Source: an uncultured Bacilli bacterium
GTDB lineage: Bacteria; Bacillota_I; Bacilli_A; RFN20; CAG-449
NCBI GenBank assembly: GCA_947595215.1
Contig: CANQEO010000001.1
Span: 12,823 to 76,822, forward strand
Reading direction: 5' to 3'
DNA: 64,000 nt
In this document: positions 1 through 9,335 of the stretch, piece by piece
Layout of the letters: every line of letters starts with the position of its first letter
Position numbering within the stretch: the stretch's first letter is position 1
Notes under the pieces: model-generated
Told to the model about the DNA's origin: nothing
The model's input: only the letters and a program-made list of their open reading frames with translations
Database searches by the model: none
Position numbers and translations under genes: made by a program

Positions 1-232
1 ATAAAGAATAGTCTCTTATACCTTCAAAAAGCTCACTGAGACTTATCTCTAATGCCATTGCGATTTGTCTTAAAACTTTAAGCGAAGGATTTCTTCTTCC
101 ATTTTCCAGATCAGATAGATAATTTCTGTTTATGTCAGCTTCGATAGATAGATCTAAAGCTGACATCTTTTTTTGTTTTCTTAAATATACGATTCTTTGG
201 CCCAGCTGCACATAAATATCCATTGATTCCAT
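1..232 (-). CDS. XRE-family helix-turn-helix transcriptional regulator (3' end cut by window edge)
   Basis: Absent from the ORF track because it runs off the window. Reverse-strand translation from the ATG at 232-230 gives MESMDIYVQLGQRIVYLRKQKKMSALDLSIEADINRNYLSDLENGRRNPSLKVLRQIAMALEISLSELFEG..., a classic HTH_3/XRE pattern. The ATG overlaps the whiA stop (TAATG). GGAGG lies 9 nt upstream. Confidence 0.6.
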   Translation of the reverse strand, partial: MESMDIYVQLGQRIVYLRKQKKMSALDLSIEADINRNYLSDLENGRRNPSLKVLRQIAMALEISLSELFEGIRDYSL

Positions 233-1194
233 TAATTATTGCCTCCATATTTACTTGCAATTTTAGCGATATTTTGAAAGATGTGGTTAACTCCAGATTT
301 AGATATTTTAATACCATAATTACTATTTAAAAGATTGGCAATATCTTTTAAAGTATACTCTTCATCTTTTTCTCTCAATTCAATGACTGCGCGCGTTTTT
401 TCATCAAGAACTTTAAAGCCTACTTTGTCTTTAATAATTTCAATATTTTTTAATTGTTCTCTTGAGGTTTTAATAGTTTTATAATAGTTAGCATTTTCAC
501 AAATTTGATAACGATTATAACTATTTACAAAATCTCTTTCGATTCGATAATTTTCAAATTTTAACCGTGATTCAGTCGCATCGATTACTGTCAAGAAAAC
601 ACATATTTGTTCAGCTTTTTTAAGATATAAAACAAATTTTGTTTTTCTTACTATTTTTTTAAAATCCATTTTCTTTTGCTCTTTGAATCTTTGAAGCAAT
701 TGCCTTAAAATAAAATCACAAAATCCTTCATCGCTGAATGATAATTGCAAATGGTAATTAGAAGTTTCAGGTCCATTTACAGTTCCAACTGCGAGAAAAA
801 CACCAATCAAATAAAATTTAAAAAGACGTCCTTTAATTTGCTCGCTGGGCAATGAAGGTAAAAAGCCTTGACTAACCTCAAGATTATTTAAGATTTCTTC
901 AACATTATTTTCAATTGAAATAGTAAAAACATCACTGCGATCTAAATTTATTTTTCGCGAATATGATAGAACTGGTTTTATTTGATAAATCATTTCAAAT
1001 GCCTTAGCTAACTTTTTAGCAATCGATTGATTCTCAGTTCGAAGTAAAATAGAAATAGGATGGAAATTTTTTGATAATGCAATATTTCCATTCGCTTTCA
1101 CAAAACCTGAAAGCAGGGCTTTTAATTCGTCGTTTTGATAATTAGAAGCAAGTAATTCTTCTTTAATCTCTTGAGTATATGATGTATTTTTCAT
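232..1194 (-). CDS. whiA: DNA-binding protein WhiA
   Basis: 320 aa from the ATG at 1194 (MKNTSYTQEIKEELL...). The length, the central LAGLIDADG-like region and the C-terminal HTH (EEYTLKDIANLLNSNYGIKISKSGVNHIFQNI) fit WhiA/YvcL. The 18 extra residues in the ORF track (MCAMFFYINYYIIIVGEV) read as upstream AT-rich read-through. Confidence 0.85.
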   Translation of the reverse strand: MKNTSYTQEIKEELLASNYQNDELKALLSGFVKANGNIALSKNFHPISILLRTENQSIAKKLAKAFEMIYQIKPVLSYSRKINLDRSDVFTISIENNVEEILNNLEVSQGFLPSLPSEQIKGRLFKFYLIGVFLAVGTVNGPETSNYHLQLSFSDEGFCDFILRQLLQRFKEQKKMDFKKIVRKTKFVLYLKKAEQICVFLTVIDATESRLKFENYRIERDFVNSYNRYQICENANYYKTIKTSREQLKNIEIIKDKVGFKVLDEKTRAVIELREKDEEYTLKDIANLLNSNYGIKISKSGVNHIFQNIAKIASKYGGNN

Positions 1195-1260
1195 AACTTC
1201 ACCAACAATTATTATATAATAATTTATATAAAAAAACATTGCACACACATTAACTTATTT

Positions 1261-1295
1261 AAAAAATAAAAAAACTAAGAGTTAAATCTCCTAGT
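1261..1295 (-). terminator. Rho-independent terminator after the small lipoprotein gene
   Basis: On the minus strand, ACUAGGAG-AUUUAA-CUCUUAGU forms an 8-bp stem with one G.U pair. It is followed by UUUUUUUAUUUUUU. Confidence 0.6.
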
Positions 1296-1307
1296 TATTT
1301 TACATTT

Positions 1308-1517
1308 TTATTCTTGTACGGTCGTTTCGTTAGAATCACTAGTATCTTCTTTTGTGGAATCTTCAGTAGTTAAACTTGAATCGCTTTCTTCATCATTTGA
1401 TGTTGTAACGCTACTTGTTGGTGTCGAACTAGATGAAGAAGAGGAACTAGGAATATCATCATTAGTACATCCAACGAAAAGGAATGATAATAGCATTAAA
1501 GCTGCTAATTTTTTCAT
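1308..1517 (-). CDS. small Ser/Thr/Asp/Glu-rich lipoprotein (69 aa)
   Basis: MKKLAALMLLSFLFVGC has a signal peptide with a lipobox (FVGC). The rest is low complexity (SSSSSSSSTPTSS, acidic tail). AGGAGG-like RBS (aaggaggtagaaaaATG). Confidence 0.6.
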   Translation of the reverse strand: MKKLAALMLLSFLFVGCTNDDIPSSSSSSSSTPTSSVTTSNDEESDSSLTTEDSTKEDTSDSNETTVQE

Positions 1518-1608
1518 TTTTCTACCTCCTTAGACAAGTTTATTATGTTCCAAAGTCGGTATTATATTAAAAAAAATAGAAGTTATATTATGGAAATAAT
1601 AATAGCAA

Positions 1609-2529
1609 TTAAAACTTTTCTTTTAAATAGCGATTTATCGAGGTAGCTGCTAGAGCTCCATCACCACTTGCAACAGCGATTTGTCTCAAATGTTTAGAGG
1701 TGACATCACCGGAAGCAAATAATCCTTCTAAGCGACTTTCCATTTCGCCATTAACTTCAATGAAACCATTACTATCAAGAATCCTTTTATCCTCTATAAA
1801 TGATGTATTTGCCTCAGAGCCAATATAAGTAAATACTGCTCGACAATCAAAAACTTCTTCTTGGTGAGATAATGTATTTTCTAATCTTAAAGAAGAGACA
1901 TGATCATCACCCAATATCTCTTTAACTACATAAGGATATTTCAAATGAATATTCATGTTATTTTCAACCTTTTGACATAACAATTGGTCCGCTCTAAAAG
2001 TATCGGAACGATGAATAATAAATACTTGATCACTCAATGAAGATAGATATAATGCTTCCTCAAAAGCCGAATTACCTGCTCCAATAACTGCTATTTTTTG
2101 ACCTTTATAAAAATTCCCATCACAAACCGCACAAGTAGAAACACCTTTTCCAAAGAATTTATCTTCACCTTCAACATGCAACTTTCTTTCACGCGTTCCG
2201 CTTGCCACCAAGATTGTTCTAGATAAATAAACTTTTTTATTAGTTTCTACTTTGAAAATATCTCCTTCTTTTTTTACCAAAGTAATTTTTTCTGTTTTCA
2301 ATAATATTTTATTATAAATTAATTGTTGATATAGTTTAAAAGCTAAATCACTACCATTAATATTTTCAAATCCTAAATAGTTTTCAACTTGATATGTATA
2401 ATTTACTTTACCTCCAGGCATACCATTGTCAAACAATAAAAAATCGACACCACTTCTTTTTAAATAAATAGAAGCTGTAATTCCGGAAGGTCCTGCTCCA
2501 ATTATAATCGCATCATAGATTTTATCCAC
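1609..2529 (-). CDS. trxB: thioredoxin-disulfide reductase
   Basis: The N-terminal GAGPSG FAD fold, the redox-active CAVCDG motif, a second GAGNSA NADPH fold and a length of 306 aa all fit TrxB. Confidence 0.92.
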   Translation of the reverse strand: MDKIYDAIIIGAGPSGITASIYLKRSGVDFLLFDNGMPGGKVNYTYQVENYLGFENINGSDLAFKLYQQLIYNKILLKTEKITLVKKEGDIFKVETNKKVYLSRTILVASGTRERKLHVEGEDKFFGKGVSTCAVCDGNFYKGQKIAVIGAGNSAFEEALYLSSLSDQVFIIHRSDTFRADQLLCQKVENNMNIHLKYPYVVKEILGDDHVSSLRLENTLSHQEEVFDCRAVFTYIGSEANTSFIEDKRILDSNGFIEVNGEMESRLEGLFASGDVTSKHLRQIAVASGDGALAATSINRYLKEKF

Positions 2530-3157
2530 TTGTTAACACCTCATATAATTTACGATATGAATCAATATAATAATCTGCCTTAATATCCACATTTTTTACT
2601 GACCATGTAACTAATCCAAAATCAACATTTGCATTATAAGCAGCGATTCCATCACTTTCATTATCACCTATATATAATGTTTCCGCTTTATCACCATTTA
2701 ACATCTCTATCGCTTTAATTATTCCATCGGGTGCTGGTTTTGGAGTACCTACATCCTCTAATGAAATAACAACATCAAACATATCTAAGTTAAATGTTTT
2801 TAAGGTCACTTCTGTATTGCTTCGCATTTTAGATGTAACGATAGCTAATTTAAAACCTTTTTCTTTTAAATTATCTAAAATATCAATTACATCATCATAA
2901 AGTGTCGCTAATTTTGAAATTTCTCTTTTTGAGAATTCAATATAGTATTTTATAGCTTCTTCTACGACTGATTGTTCTAAAAATTTGGAAAAAGAATCTC
3001 TTAAGGTAGGGCCCAAAAAAGAAACTAAATCTCTCAATGTAATAGTCGCATGATAATTAAAATGTTCTAATGTATTTCTAACACCTTCAATTACCAATAG
3101 ATCAGTGTCAACTAATGTTCCATCTAAATCAAATATGATATATTTATAAGTCTTCAT
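2522..3157 (-). CDS. HAD-superfamily phosphatase (PpaX/phosphoglycolate phosphatase-like)
   Basis: Carries the DLDGTLVDT motif I, a TSK motif and a GDNESD motif typical of HAD subfamily IA. It sits downstream of hprK-lgt, as ppaX does in Bacillus. It overlaps both neighbours by 8-14 nt. Confidence 0.8.
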   Translation of the reverse strand: MKTYKYIIFDLDGTLVDTDLLVIEGVRNTLEHFNYHATITLRDLVSFLGPTLRDSFSKFLEQSVVEEAIKYYIEFSKREISKLATLYDDVIDILDNLKEKGFKLAIVTSKMRSNTEVTLKTFNLDMFDVVISLEDVGTPKPAPDGIIKAIEMLNGDKAETLYIGDNESDGIAAYNANVDFGLVTWSVKNVDIKADYYIDSYRKLYEVLTSG

Positions 3158-4037
3158 TACGCTTATCTATAAAGTTTTTATAACCAGCCTCTGCGCTTGC
3201 AATTCGAGGTTTATAGTAGTACTTATCATATAAATGACATGCTACAATGGCAACAATTCCACCGATAAAGAATACCCAACCCATCGCGTAAGATGCAGCG
3301 ATTTTATCACCCATAATGAACTGGTCATTTCTTTGTTTTTCTAAGATAATTCTTGTTAGACCATACCAAATAAAATAAGTGGCAGCCATATCACCTGGAG
3401 CTTTATATTTTCTTAACAAGTATCCGATTCCAAAGTAAATAATTAAGAATCCGGCAAGATTAGTCAATGCTTCAATTAAGAAAAGCGGAGTTGCGATTTC
3501 TCCTTCTAAACATCCAGAGCCATTTATACCTGACATTTGATCTAAGATAAATGATGGTAAAAATCCCCATGTATTGCGATCAACACACTGTCCATAAACT
3601 TCTTGATTGAAAAAGTTTCCAATTCTTCCGATAGCTTGAGCCACAAGTATACCTGGAAACACAAAATCAATACCATCTAAAACTCTAAGATTTTTGCGTC
3701 TAAAATAAACAAATAAAATACCTGCTAGGCCACCTAGAAGAACTCCACCTTGAATTGCAAGACCACCTTCCCAAATTTTAAATACATTTTCAAAAGGTTT
3801 TCCGGCAAAAGTTTTTTGCCATTCGGCGATAACATACCATATGCGTGCTCCGATAATACCGGTTGGGAACGCGATATAAAATACACTTTCAAATATTCTA
3901 AAATCATATCCTTTTTTCTTTGCAGTGTAAGCAGCGATAAAATACGCGATAGCTGCTCCTATTAAAATAAATATCGCGTAGTAAGTGATTCTTAATGGAC
4001 CAATAACGATTTCTTTTGGTAAAGCAAATATGTTCAT
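3144..4037 (-). CDS. lgt: prolipoprotein diacylglyceryl transferase
   Basis: Polytopic membrane protein with the Lgt signature region (GARIWYV, GGLAIQGGVLLG, GRIGNFFNQEVYG). Confidence 0.93.
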   Translation of the reverse strand: MNIFALPKEIVIGPLRITYYAIFILIGAAIAYFIAAYTAKKKGYDFRIFESVFYIAFPTGIIGARIWYVIAEWQKTFAGKPFENVFKIWEGGLAIQGGVLLGGLAGILFVYFRRKNLRVLDGIDFVFPGILVAQAIGRIGNFFNQEVYGQCVDRNTWGFLPSFILDQMSGINGSGCLEGEIATPLFLIEALTNLAGFLIIYFGIGYLLRKYKAPGDMAATYFIWYGLTRIILEKQRNDQFIMGDKIAASYAMGWVFFIGGIVAIVACHLYDKYYYKPRIASAEAGYKNFIDKRNEDL

Positions 4038-4969
4038 ACTCTATTTTTCCTCGACAATAATTCATTGAGACGACTTTCAAATGCATATCCGGAGTCGTAA
4101 CCATATTTTTTTAGTTTAAGATTGGTAATAGCAACTTCAATAATTTCAGCCATAGAACGAGCACCAGAAACTGGAAGAGTCAAATATGGTATCTTCTTTC
4201 CGAGAATTTCATAATACTGTGTACTGGTTCCTAATCTTTCCATCGGAGCCTCAGGATCTAAATGCACCAATTTAATTGCAAAAGAGATATTGATACGATC
4301 TAGTAATGAGTTTATTCCAAACATACGAGGCACATCGATAATACCAATACCGCGTACTTCCATCATTCCCACTAAAAGTTCGGGAGCTCTTCCAACTAAT
4401 TCTCCTTTAAATAAAGAGATTTCAACTCGATCATCAGAAACAAGTTGATGACCTTTTTTGATTAATTCCAACGTAGTTTCTGATTTACCAATACCTGATT
4501 CGCCTAAGATTAATACACCTTCAGAAAAAATTTCTAATAACGAAGCGTGAACCGCAGTAGAAGGAGCTAATTCTTCCCCAAGATAAACAACAGCTTCATA
4601 ATTCAATTCGTTAGTATTTCTCATCGTACCAAGAATTGGAAAGTTTTTCTCTCTAGCGATTTCAAGAAGTTCTGCCGGACATTCATGATTCTTACATAAA
4701 ACAATCCCAGGACATTCATCATTAGTGATAAAATCAAAAGCTTTTTTTAACTTTTTCCGATCTTTACATGAATTAATATACGATATTTCAGTGTTTCCGA
4801 GAAAGATAATACGACTTGAGCGAGGATACTCAAAAAATCCTGCTAACTCCAATCCTGGGCGAGAAACGACATGCTCGGTGATTGGTCTTACTAAAGCATT
4901 TTGATCACCATTTATCCACTTTAGGCCAAAATGATTAGCAAAGTCTCTAATGGTTAAATCTTTTTTCAT
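4034..4969 (-). CDS. hprK: HPr kinase/phosphorylase
   Basis: 311 aa. Has the Walker A GESGIGKSE and the following LVSDDRVE motif characteristic of HprK/P. hprK-lgt synteny is conserved. Confidence 0.95.
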   Translation of the reverse strand: MKKDLTIRDFANHFGLKWINGDQNALVRPITEHVVSRPGLELAGFFEYPRSSRIIFLGNTEISYINSCKDRKKLKKAFDFITNDECPGIVLCKNHECPAELLEIAREKNFPILGTMRNTNELNYEAVVYLGEELAPSTAVHASLLEIFSEGVLILGESGIGKSETTLELIKKGHQLVSDDRVEISLFKGELVGRAPELLVGMMEVRGIGIIDVPRMFGINSLLDRINISFAIKLVHLDPEAPMERLGTSTQYYEILGKKIPYLTLPVSGARSMAEIIEVAITNLKLKKYGYDSGYAFESRLNELLSRKNRV

Positions 4970-5007
4970 AAAATATCACCTCTTGTAGTGTATCATTTAA
5001 TAGAATT

Positions 5008-7878
5008 TTAATCAACATTACGACGATTCATTCTCCCTTTATCCCGCTCAAGAATTCTTTTTAAATATTGACCTGTAAATGAATTTTCATTATTTGCAAC
5101 TTCTTCTGGTGTTCCTTTAGCGATTACCATACCTCCGCGTTCTCCACCTTCGGGTCCCATATCGATAATGTAATCAGCACATTTTATAACATCGAGGTTA
5201 TGTTCGATTACTACAACTGTATTACCACCCACAACAATCATTTGAAGCACATTTAATAAATCTTTGATGTCATGAGTATGAAGTCCTGTGGTAGGCTCAT
5301 CAAGAATATATAATGTTTTTCCAGTAGAACGACGTTGTAATTCATATGCAAGTTTAACACGTTGTGCTTCTCCACCAGAAAGAGTCGTAGAACTTTGACC
5401 AAGCTTAATATATCCAAGTCCTACATCATATAAAGTTTGGATTTTACGAGCTATTGAAGGAAGGTTCTTAAAGAACTCTTTCGCCTCTTCAACTGTCATA
5501 TCTAAAATTTCAAAAATATTTTTGCCTTTATAAGTAATTGATAATGTCTCATCATTGTAACGATGACCATGGCATTCATCACATACTACGTAAACGTCAG
5601 GTAAAAAGTTCATTGCAATTCTTCTTACGCCGTCACCATTACACTTTTCACAACGACCGCCAGGCATATTAAAGGAAAAGCGACTCTTTTGATAACCACG
5701 TGCTCTTGCTTCTTTTGTTTGAGCAAACAATTCTCTTATGTCATCAAAAACTCCAATATAAGTAGCAGGGTTACTTCTAGGGGTTTTGCCAATAGGTTCT
5801 TGAGAAACATTAATAACTTTATCAATGTTATCTAGACCGACAATATCATCGCACTCTCCACATTCAACTTTGGTTTGTGATAATTTTTGAGCCAATTTCT
5901 TATATAATGTCTCAGTAATTAGAGAACTTTTGCCAGAACCTGAAACACCAGTTACCGCAACCATACATCCTAAAGGTATGGAAACATTAATGTTTTTCAA
6001 GTTATTACAACGAGCACCTCTAATTTGAATCTCAGTTCCATGACCTTTAGAACGATATGCTGGAACCGGAATAAACATCTCACCTTTTAAATAACGTCCA
6101 GTTAATGAGTTTGGATTTTCCATTACTTCTTTTGGTGTTCCACTTGCAGTAATGTATCCACCATGTACACCTGCTCCTGGACCAATATCTACTAAATAGT
6201 CAGCCGCAAGCATAGTATCCTCATCATGTTCAACAACGATTAATGTATTTCCTAAATCTCTCATCGAGCGCATGGTTTGAATTAGACGATCGTTATCTCG
6301 CTGATGTAAACCAATTGATGGTTCATCTAAAACATATAAGACACCCGTCAACCGAGATCCGATTTGTGTTGCAAGACGAATACGTTGTGCTTCTCCACCG
6401 GATAATGTCATCGCCATTCTGGATAAAGTTAAATAATCTAATCCGACATCAATCAAAAATGAACATCGAGAATCTATTTCGCGAATAACTAAATTCGCAA
6501 TCTCTTTTTGCTCACAATCTAATACATTATCTAATTCTTTGATAAACGCTCTCAATTTTACTAAAGGTAAACAGCATACTTCATAAATGTTCAATCCATT
6601 GATTCTAACTGATAAAACTTGTTCATTGAGACGAGCACCATGACATGTAGGACATTCGCGGTCTTTCATGAAACTTGCGTAATACTCTCGAGATCCTTCA
6701 GAATTAGTGGTATCAAAAAGACGTTGAATACGATGTTTAATACCTTCAAATCCTCTTCTTTTAATAGTATTTCCCGATGCCGTTTTAATATCAACCCGAT
6801 ATTCATCTTCTGAGACGCCATTCATTAAGATATCTTTGTGTTTATCAGACAATTTACGATAAGGAATATCTAAAGGGATATCATAGTATTGCGCTAAACT
6901 TCTAAGTTCTTCCATATCGATAGTAGATTTTCCATCCATCGATTGATATTTATAGTATTTAATCGCTCCCTGATTAATTGAAAAATTATCATTAGGAATC
7001 AAAAGATCTTCACTAACTTCTTGTTTAATTCCTAAGCCCTTACAATCATGACAACATCCTAGAGGAGCATTAAAAGAAAATAAACGTGGCTCTAATTCTG
7101 GCACTGAAAAGCCGCAATATTTACAAGAATTATGTTCACTAAATAAAGTCTCTTGTCCATCACAAGAAATCAAAACATAGCCATTAGCAGCATCTAATGC
7201 GTTTTCAATGGAATCATAGATACGCGAAGTGCTGTTTTCTTTAAGTTTAAGGCGATCTACCACTATATCTATAAAGTGTTTCTTATTCTTTTCGAGTGGT
7301 TCAACTTCGCTTATTCTTATCGTTTCACTCTTATCAATTCTTACACGTTCATAACCTTTTGAGGCAAACTTTTTTAATGTTTCAATGTGAGTTCCTTTTT
7401 CATTACGAACGATTGGAGCCATTATGACAACTCTCGAATCAACCGGATTTTTCATCACAAAATCAACCATTTGTTTAGTTGTAATTTTAACAATAGGTTC
7501 ATGATGAGTCGGGCAATACGCAACACCAATACGTGCGAATAGAAGACGTAAATAGTCATATATTTCAGTAACTGTTCCGACTGTAGAACGTGGATTATGA
7601 GATGTGGTTTTCTGATCAATAGCAATTGCAGGTGATAAACCTTCAATAGAATCTACATCAGGTTTTTCAACATTGCCTAAAAATTGACGAACATAGCTAG
7701 AAAGTGATTCGACATAACGTCTTTGTCCTTCATTAAAAATAGTATCAAATGCAAGTGTTGATTTTCCTGATCCTGAAACACCAGTAAAAACAATTAATTT
7801 TTCTTTCGGTATTTCTAAATCGATATTCTTTAGATTGTTTTCACGAGCACCTTTTATGACAATTTTTTTATTTTCCAC
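5008..7878 (-). CDS. uvrA: excinuclease ABC subunit A
   Basis: 956 aa. Has two ABC ATPase modules (GVSGSGKST and GVSGSGKSS; LSGGEAQR twice) and zinc-finger Cys clusters. Full-length UvrA architecture. Confidence 0.98.
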   Translation of the reverse strand: MENKKIVIKGARENNLKNIDLEIPKEKLIVFTGVSGSGKSTLAFDTIFNEGQRRYVESLSSYVRQFLGNVEKPDVDSIEGLSPAIAIDQKTTSHNPRSTVGTVTEIYDYLRLLFARIGVAYCPTHHEPIVKITTKQMVDFVMKNPVDSRVVIMAPIVRNEKGTHIETLKKFASKGYERVRIDKSETIRISEVEPLEKNKKHFIDIVVDRLKLKENSTSRIYDSIENALDAANGYVLISCDGQETLFSEHNSCKYCGFSVPELEPRLFSFNAPLGCCHDCKGLGIKQEVSEDLLIPNDNFSINQGAIKYYKYQSMDGKSTIDMEELRSLAQYYDIPLDIPYRKLSDKHKDILMNGVSEDEYRVDIKTASGNTIKRRGFEGIKHRIQRLFDTTNSEGSREYYASFMKDRECPTCHGARLNEQVLSVRINGLNIYEVCCLPLVKLRAFIKELDNVLDCEQKEIANLVIREIDSRCSFLIDVGLDYLTLSRMAMTLSGGEAQRIRLATQIGSRLTGVLYVLDEPSIGLHQRDNDRLIQTMRSMRDLGNTLIVVEHDEDTMLAADYLVDIGPGAGVHGGYITASGTPKEVMENPNSLTGRYLKGEMFIPVPAYRSKGHGTEIQIRGARCNNLKNINVSIPLGCMVAVTGVSGSGKSSLITETLYKKLAQKLSQTKVECGECDDIVGLDNIDKVINVSQEPIGKTPRSNPATYIGVFDDIRELFAQTKEARARGYQKSRFSFNMPGGRCEKCNGDGVRRIAMNFLPDVYVVCDECHGHRYNDETLSITYKGKNIFEILDMTVEEAKEFFKNLPSIARKIQTLYDVGLGYIKLGQSSTTLSGGEAQRVKLAYELQRRSTGKTLYILDEPTTGLHTHDIKDLLNVLQMIVVGGNTVVVIEHNLDVIKCADYIIDMGPEGGERGGMVIAKGTPEEVANNENSFTGQYLKRILERDKGRMNRRNVD

Positions 7879-8231
7879 TTCTCATCACCTCAAAAATATA
7901 TTGTATAATACTTTCGACTTAATCTCGATAATATTGCTCAATTTCGACAAAAAATCATACGCTGCGATTAAACAATATCTCTTTTTAGTATTTGATTAGA
8001 AGCTCTTAAAAATTCACATATCTAAATGAATCTGTTTTATTCATATAATCGTTTTTTACAATAGTTTCATAAATTCATAATAATACAATTTTTTTGCAAT
8101 ATATACATTCAAAAACACAAGCCACCCTGATTCCAGGCATAATGTACAACAAGTGCGATAACTATTATTAATAAAAGAATAATTTATATTTATTGCAGAA
8201 GCGTAAATAAAGGTGAAAACCGTTGATTATA

Positions 8232-8260
8232 TTGAAATTGGAATAAAAGTAATGTAGTAT
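8232..8260 (+). promoter_or_regulatory. sigma-A-type promoter for tRNA-Pro
   Basis: TTGAAA (8232-8237), a 17-nt spacer, then TAGTAT (8255-8260). It ends 10 nt before the mature tRNA 5' end. Confidence 0.45.
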
Positions 8261-8270
8261 AAATATACTT

Positions 8271-8347
8271 CGGGACGTAGCACAGCTTGGTAGTGCACTA
8301 CCTTGGGGTGGTAGGGGTCGTGCGTTCAAATCGCATCGTTCCGACCA
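8271..8347 (+). tRNA. tRNA-Pro, anticodon read as GGG
   Basis: A hand-folded 77-nt cloverleaf. Acceptor CGGGACG/CGTTCCG; D arm GCAC-AGCTTGGTA-GTGC. Anticodon arm CTACC-TTGGGGT-GGTAG, so positions 34-36 are GGG and position 37 is G. Variable loop GGGTC; T arm GTGCG-TTCAAAT-CGCAT. Discriminator A and an encoded CCA. Confidence 0.85.
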
Positions 8348-8360
8348 TTTATTAATTCGA

Positions 8361-8388
8361 GATATCAAGAATACTTGATATCTTTTTT
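8361..8388 (+). terminator. Rho-independent terminator of tRNA-Pro
   Basis: GATATCAAG-AATA-CTTGATATC forms a perfect 9-bp stem followed by TTTTTT. Confidence 0.8.
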
Positions 8389-8396
8389 ATAGAAGG

Positions 8397-9248
8397 ATGG
8401 AGATAGCCTTGGGATTTAAAAAAATCGAATTAAAAGATATAAATATAGTAAACCACTATTTGCAAATGCAAAGTTTTAGATCTTCTTTATATACCTTAGG
8501 AGTTCTTTTTTATTACGATGATCATTTTGCTCCTGAATATGATATTATCGATGACACTTTGCTAGTTAGAGTTAAAGATCTAAATGGAAAAACAAATTAT
8601 CTTTATCCTATCGGAAAGAATCAAGACAAGATAGCTAGAAGTTTGAAAACTTTGACTTATGTTCCTAAAGAAGCTAAAGATACGTTGTTAAATGATTACG
8701 AAGAGTCTTTAATTCCAAATTGGTTTGATTATCTTTATCGATATGAAGATCTTTTAAATTTAAAAGGAAAAAAATATCAAAAGATTCGCAATCATATAAA
8801 TCGCTTTATGACAAAGTATCATGAGTATCGATATGAAGAAATTTCCAGAGACAACTTTGATGATATTTTCAAAATTATTAATACTGTAATACCGCAAACC
8901 GAAGGTGCAAAAGTTGAACTAGAGCGCGTCAAAAGATGGATTCCCTACTATTTTTCTTTTCCATTCAAAGGTGGTATTTTATATGTAAAAGATGAACCCG
9001 TAGCGTTTTCTTTTGGTGAAGTTATAAAAGATACTCTTCACGTTCAAATCGAGAAAACAATAAAGACTTACGAAGGCGCGGGAGATATGCAAAGAAATCA
9101 ATTTTTGAAACTTTTCAAAAATAAAAATATTACGTATGTTAATAGACAAGAAGATTTAGGAGATCCAGGTTTACGCTTTCAAAAAAAGTCACTAAATCCT
9201 TGCGCTCTTTTAGACAAATTTAATTTAGAAAAAAAATATTACAAATAA
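8397..9248 (+). CDS. DUF2156-like (lysyl-phosphatidylglycerol synthase C-terminal-domain-like, GNAT-fold) protein
   Basis: 283 aa, soluble. The N-terminal pattern FKKIELKDINIVNHYLQ...SSLYTLGVLFYYDDHFAPEYDIIDDTLLVR, and the length, resemble stand-alone DUF2156 proteins. This family call is from memory and was not searched. Confidence 0.45.
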   Translation: MEIALGFKKIELKDINIVNHYLQMQSFRSSLYTLGVLFYYDDHFAPEYDIIDDTLLVRVKDLNGKTNYLYPIGKNQDKIARSLKTLTYVPKEAKDTLLNDYEESLIPNWFDYLYRYEDLLNLKGKKYQKIRNHINRFMTKYHEYRYEEISRDNFDDIFKIINTVIPQTEGAKVELERVKRWIPYYFSFPFKGGILYVKDEPVAFSFGEVIKDTLHVQIEKTIKTYEGAGDMQRNQFLKLFKNKNITYVNRQEDLGDPGLRFQKKSLNPCALLDKFNLEKKYYK

Positions 9249-9277
9249 ATTTGAGATACCTTTAAATATTTGTATAT

Positions 9278-9318
9278 AAAAACCCAATGAATTCAAATTA
9301 TTCACTGGGTTTTAATTT
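9278..9318. terminator. bidirectional terminator between convergent genes
   Basis: ACCCAATGAAT (9282-9292) pairs with ATTCACTGGGT (9300-9310) in an 11-bp stem with one mismatch. It is flanked by an A-run upstream and TTTTAATTTTT downstream. Confidence 0.7.
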
Positions 9319-9335
9319 TTCTATATTTTAGCTAA

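Noticed and set aside
135-317. 60-aa minus-strand ORF from the track
   Set aside because: It overlaps both the whiA 3' end and the much better supported XRE HTH frame. Its sequence is low complexity and matches no family.
8168-8368. 66-aa minus-strand ORF
   Set aside because: It is antisense to tRNA-Pro and its terminator. The open frame is explained by the tRNA gene.
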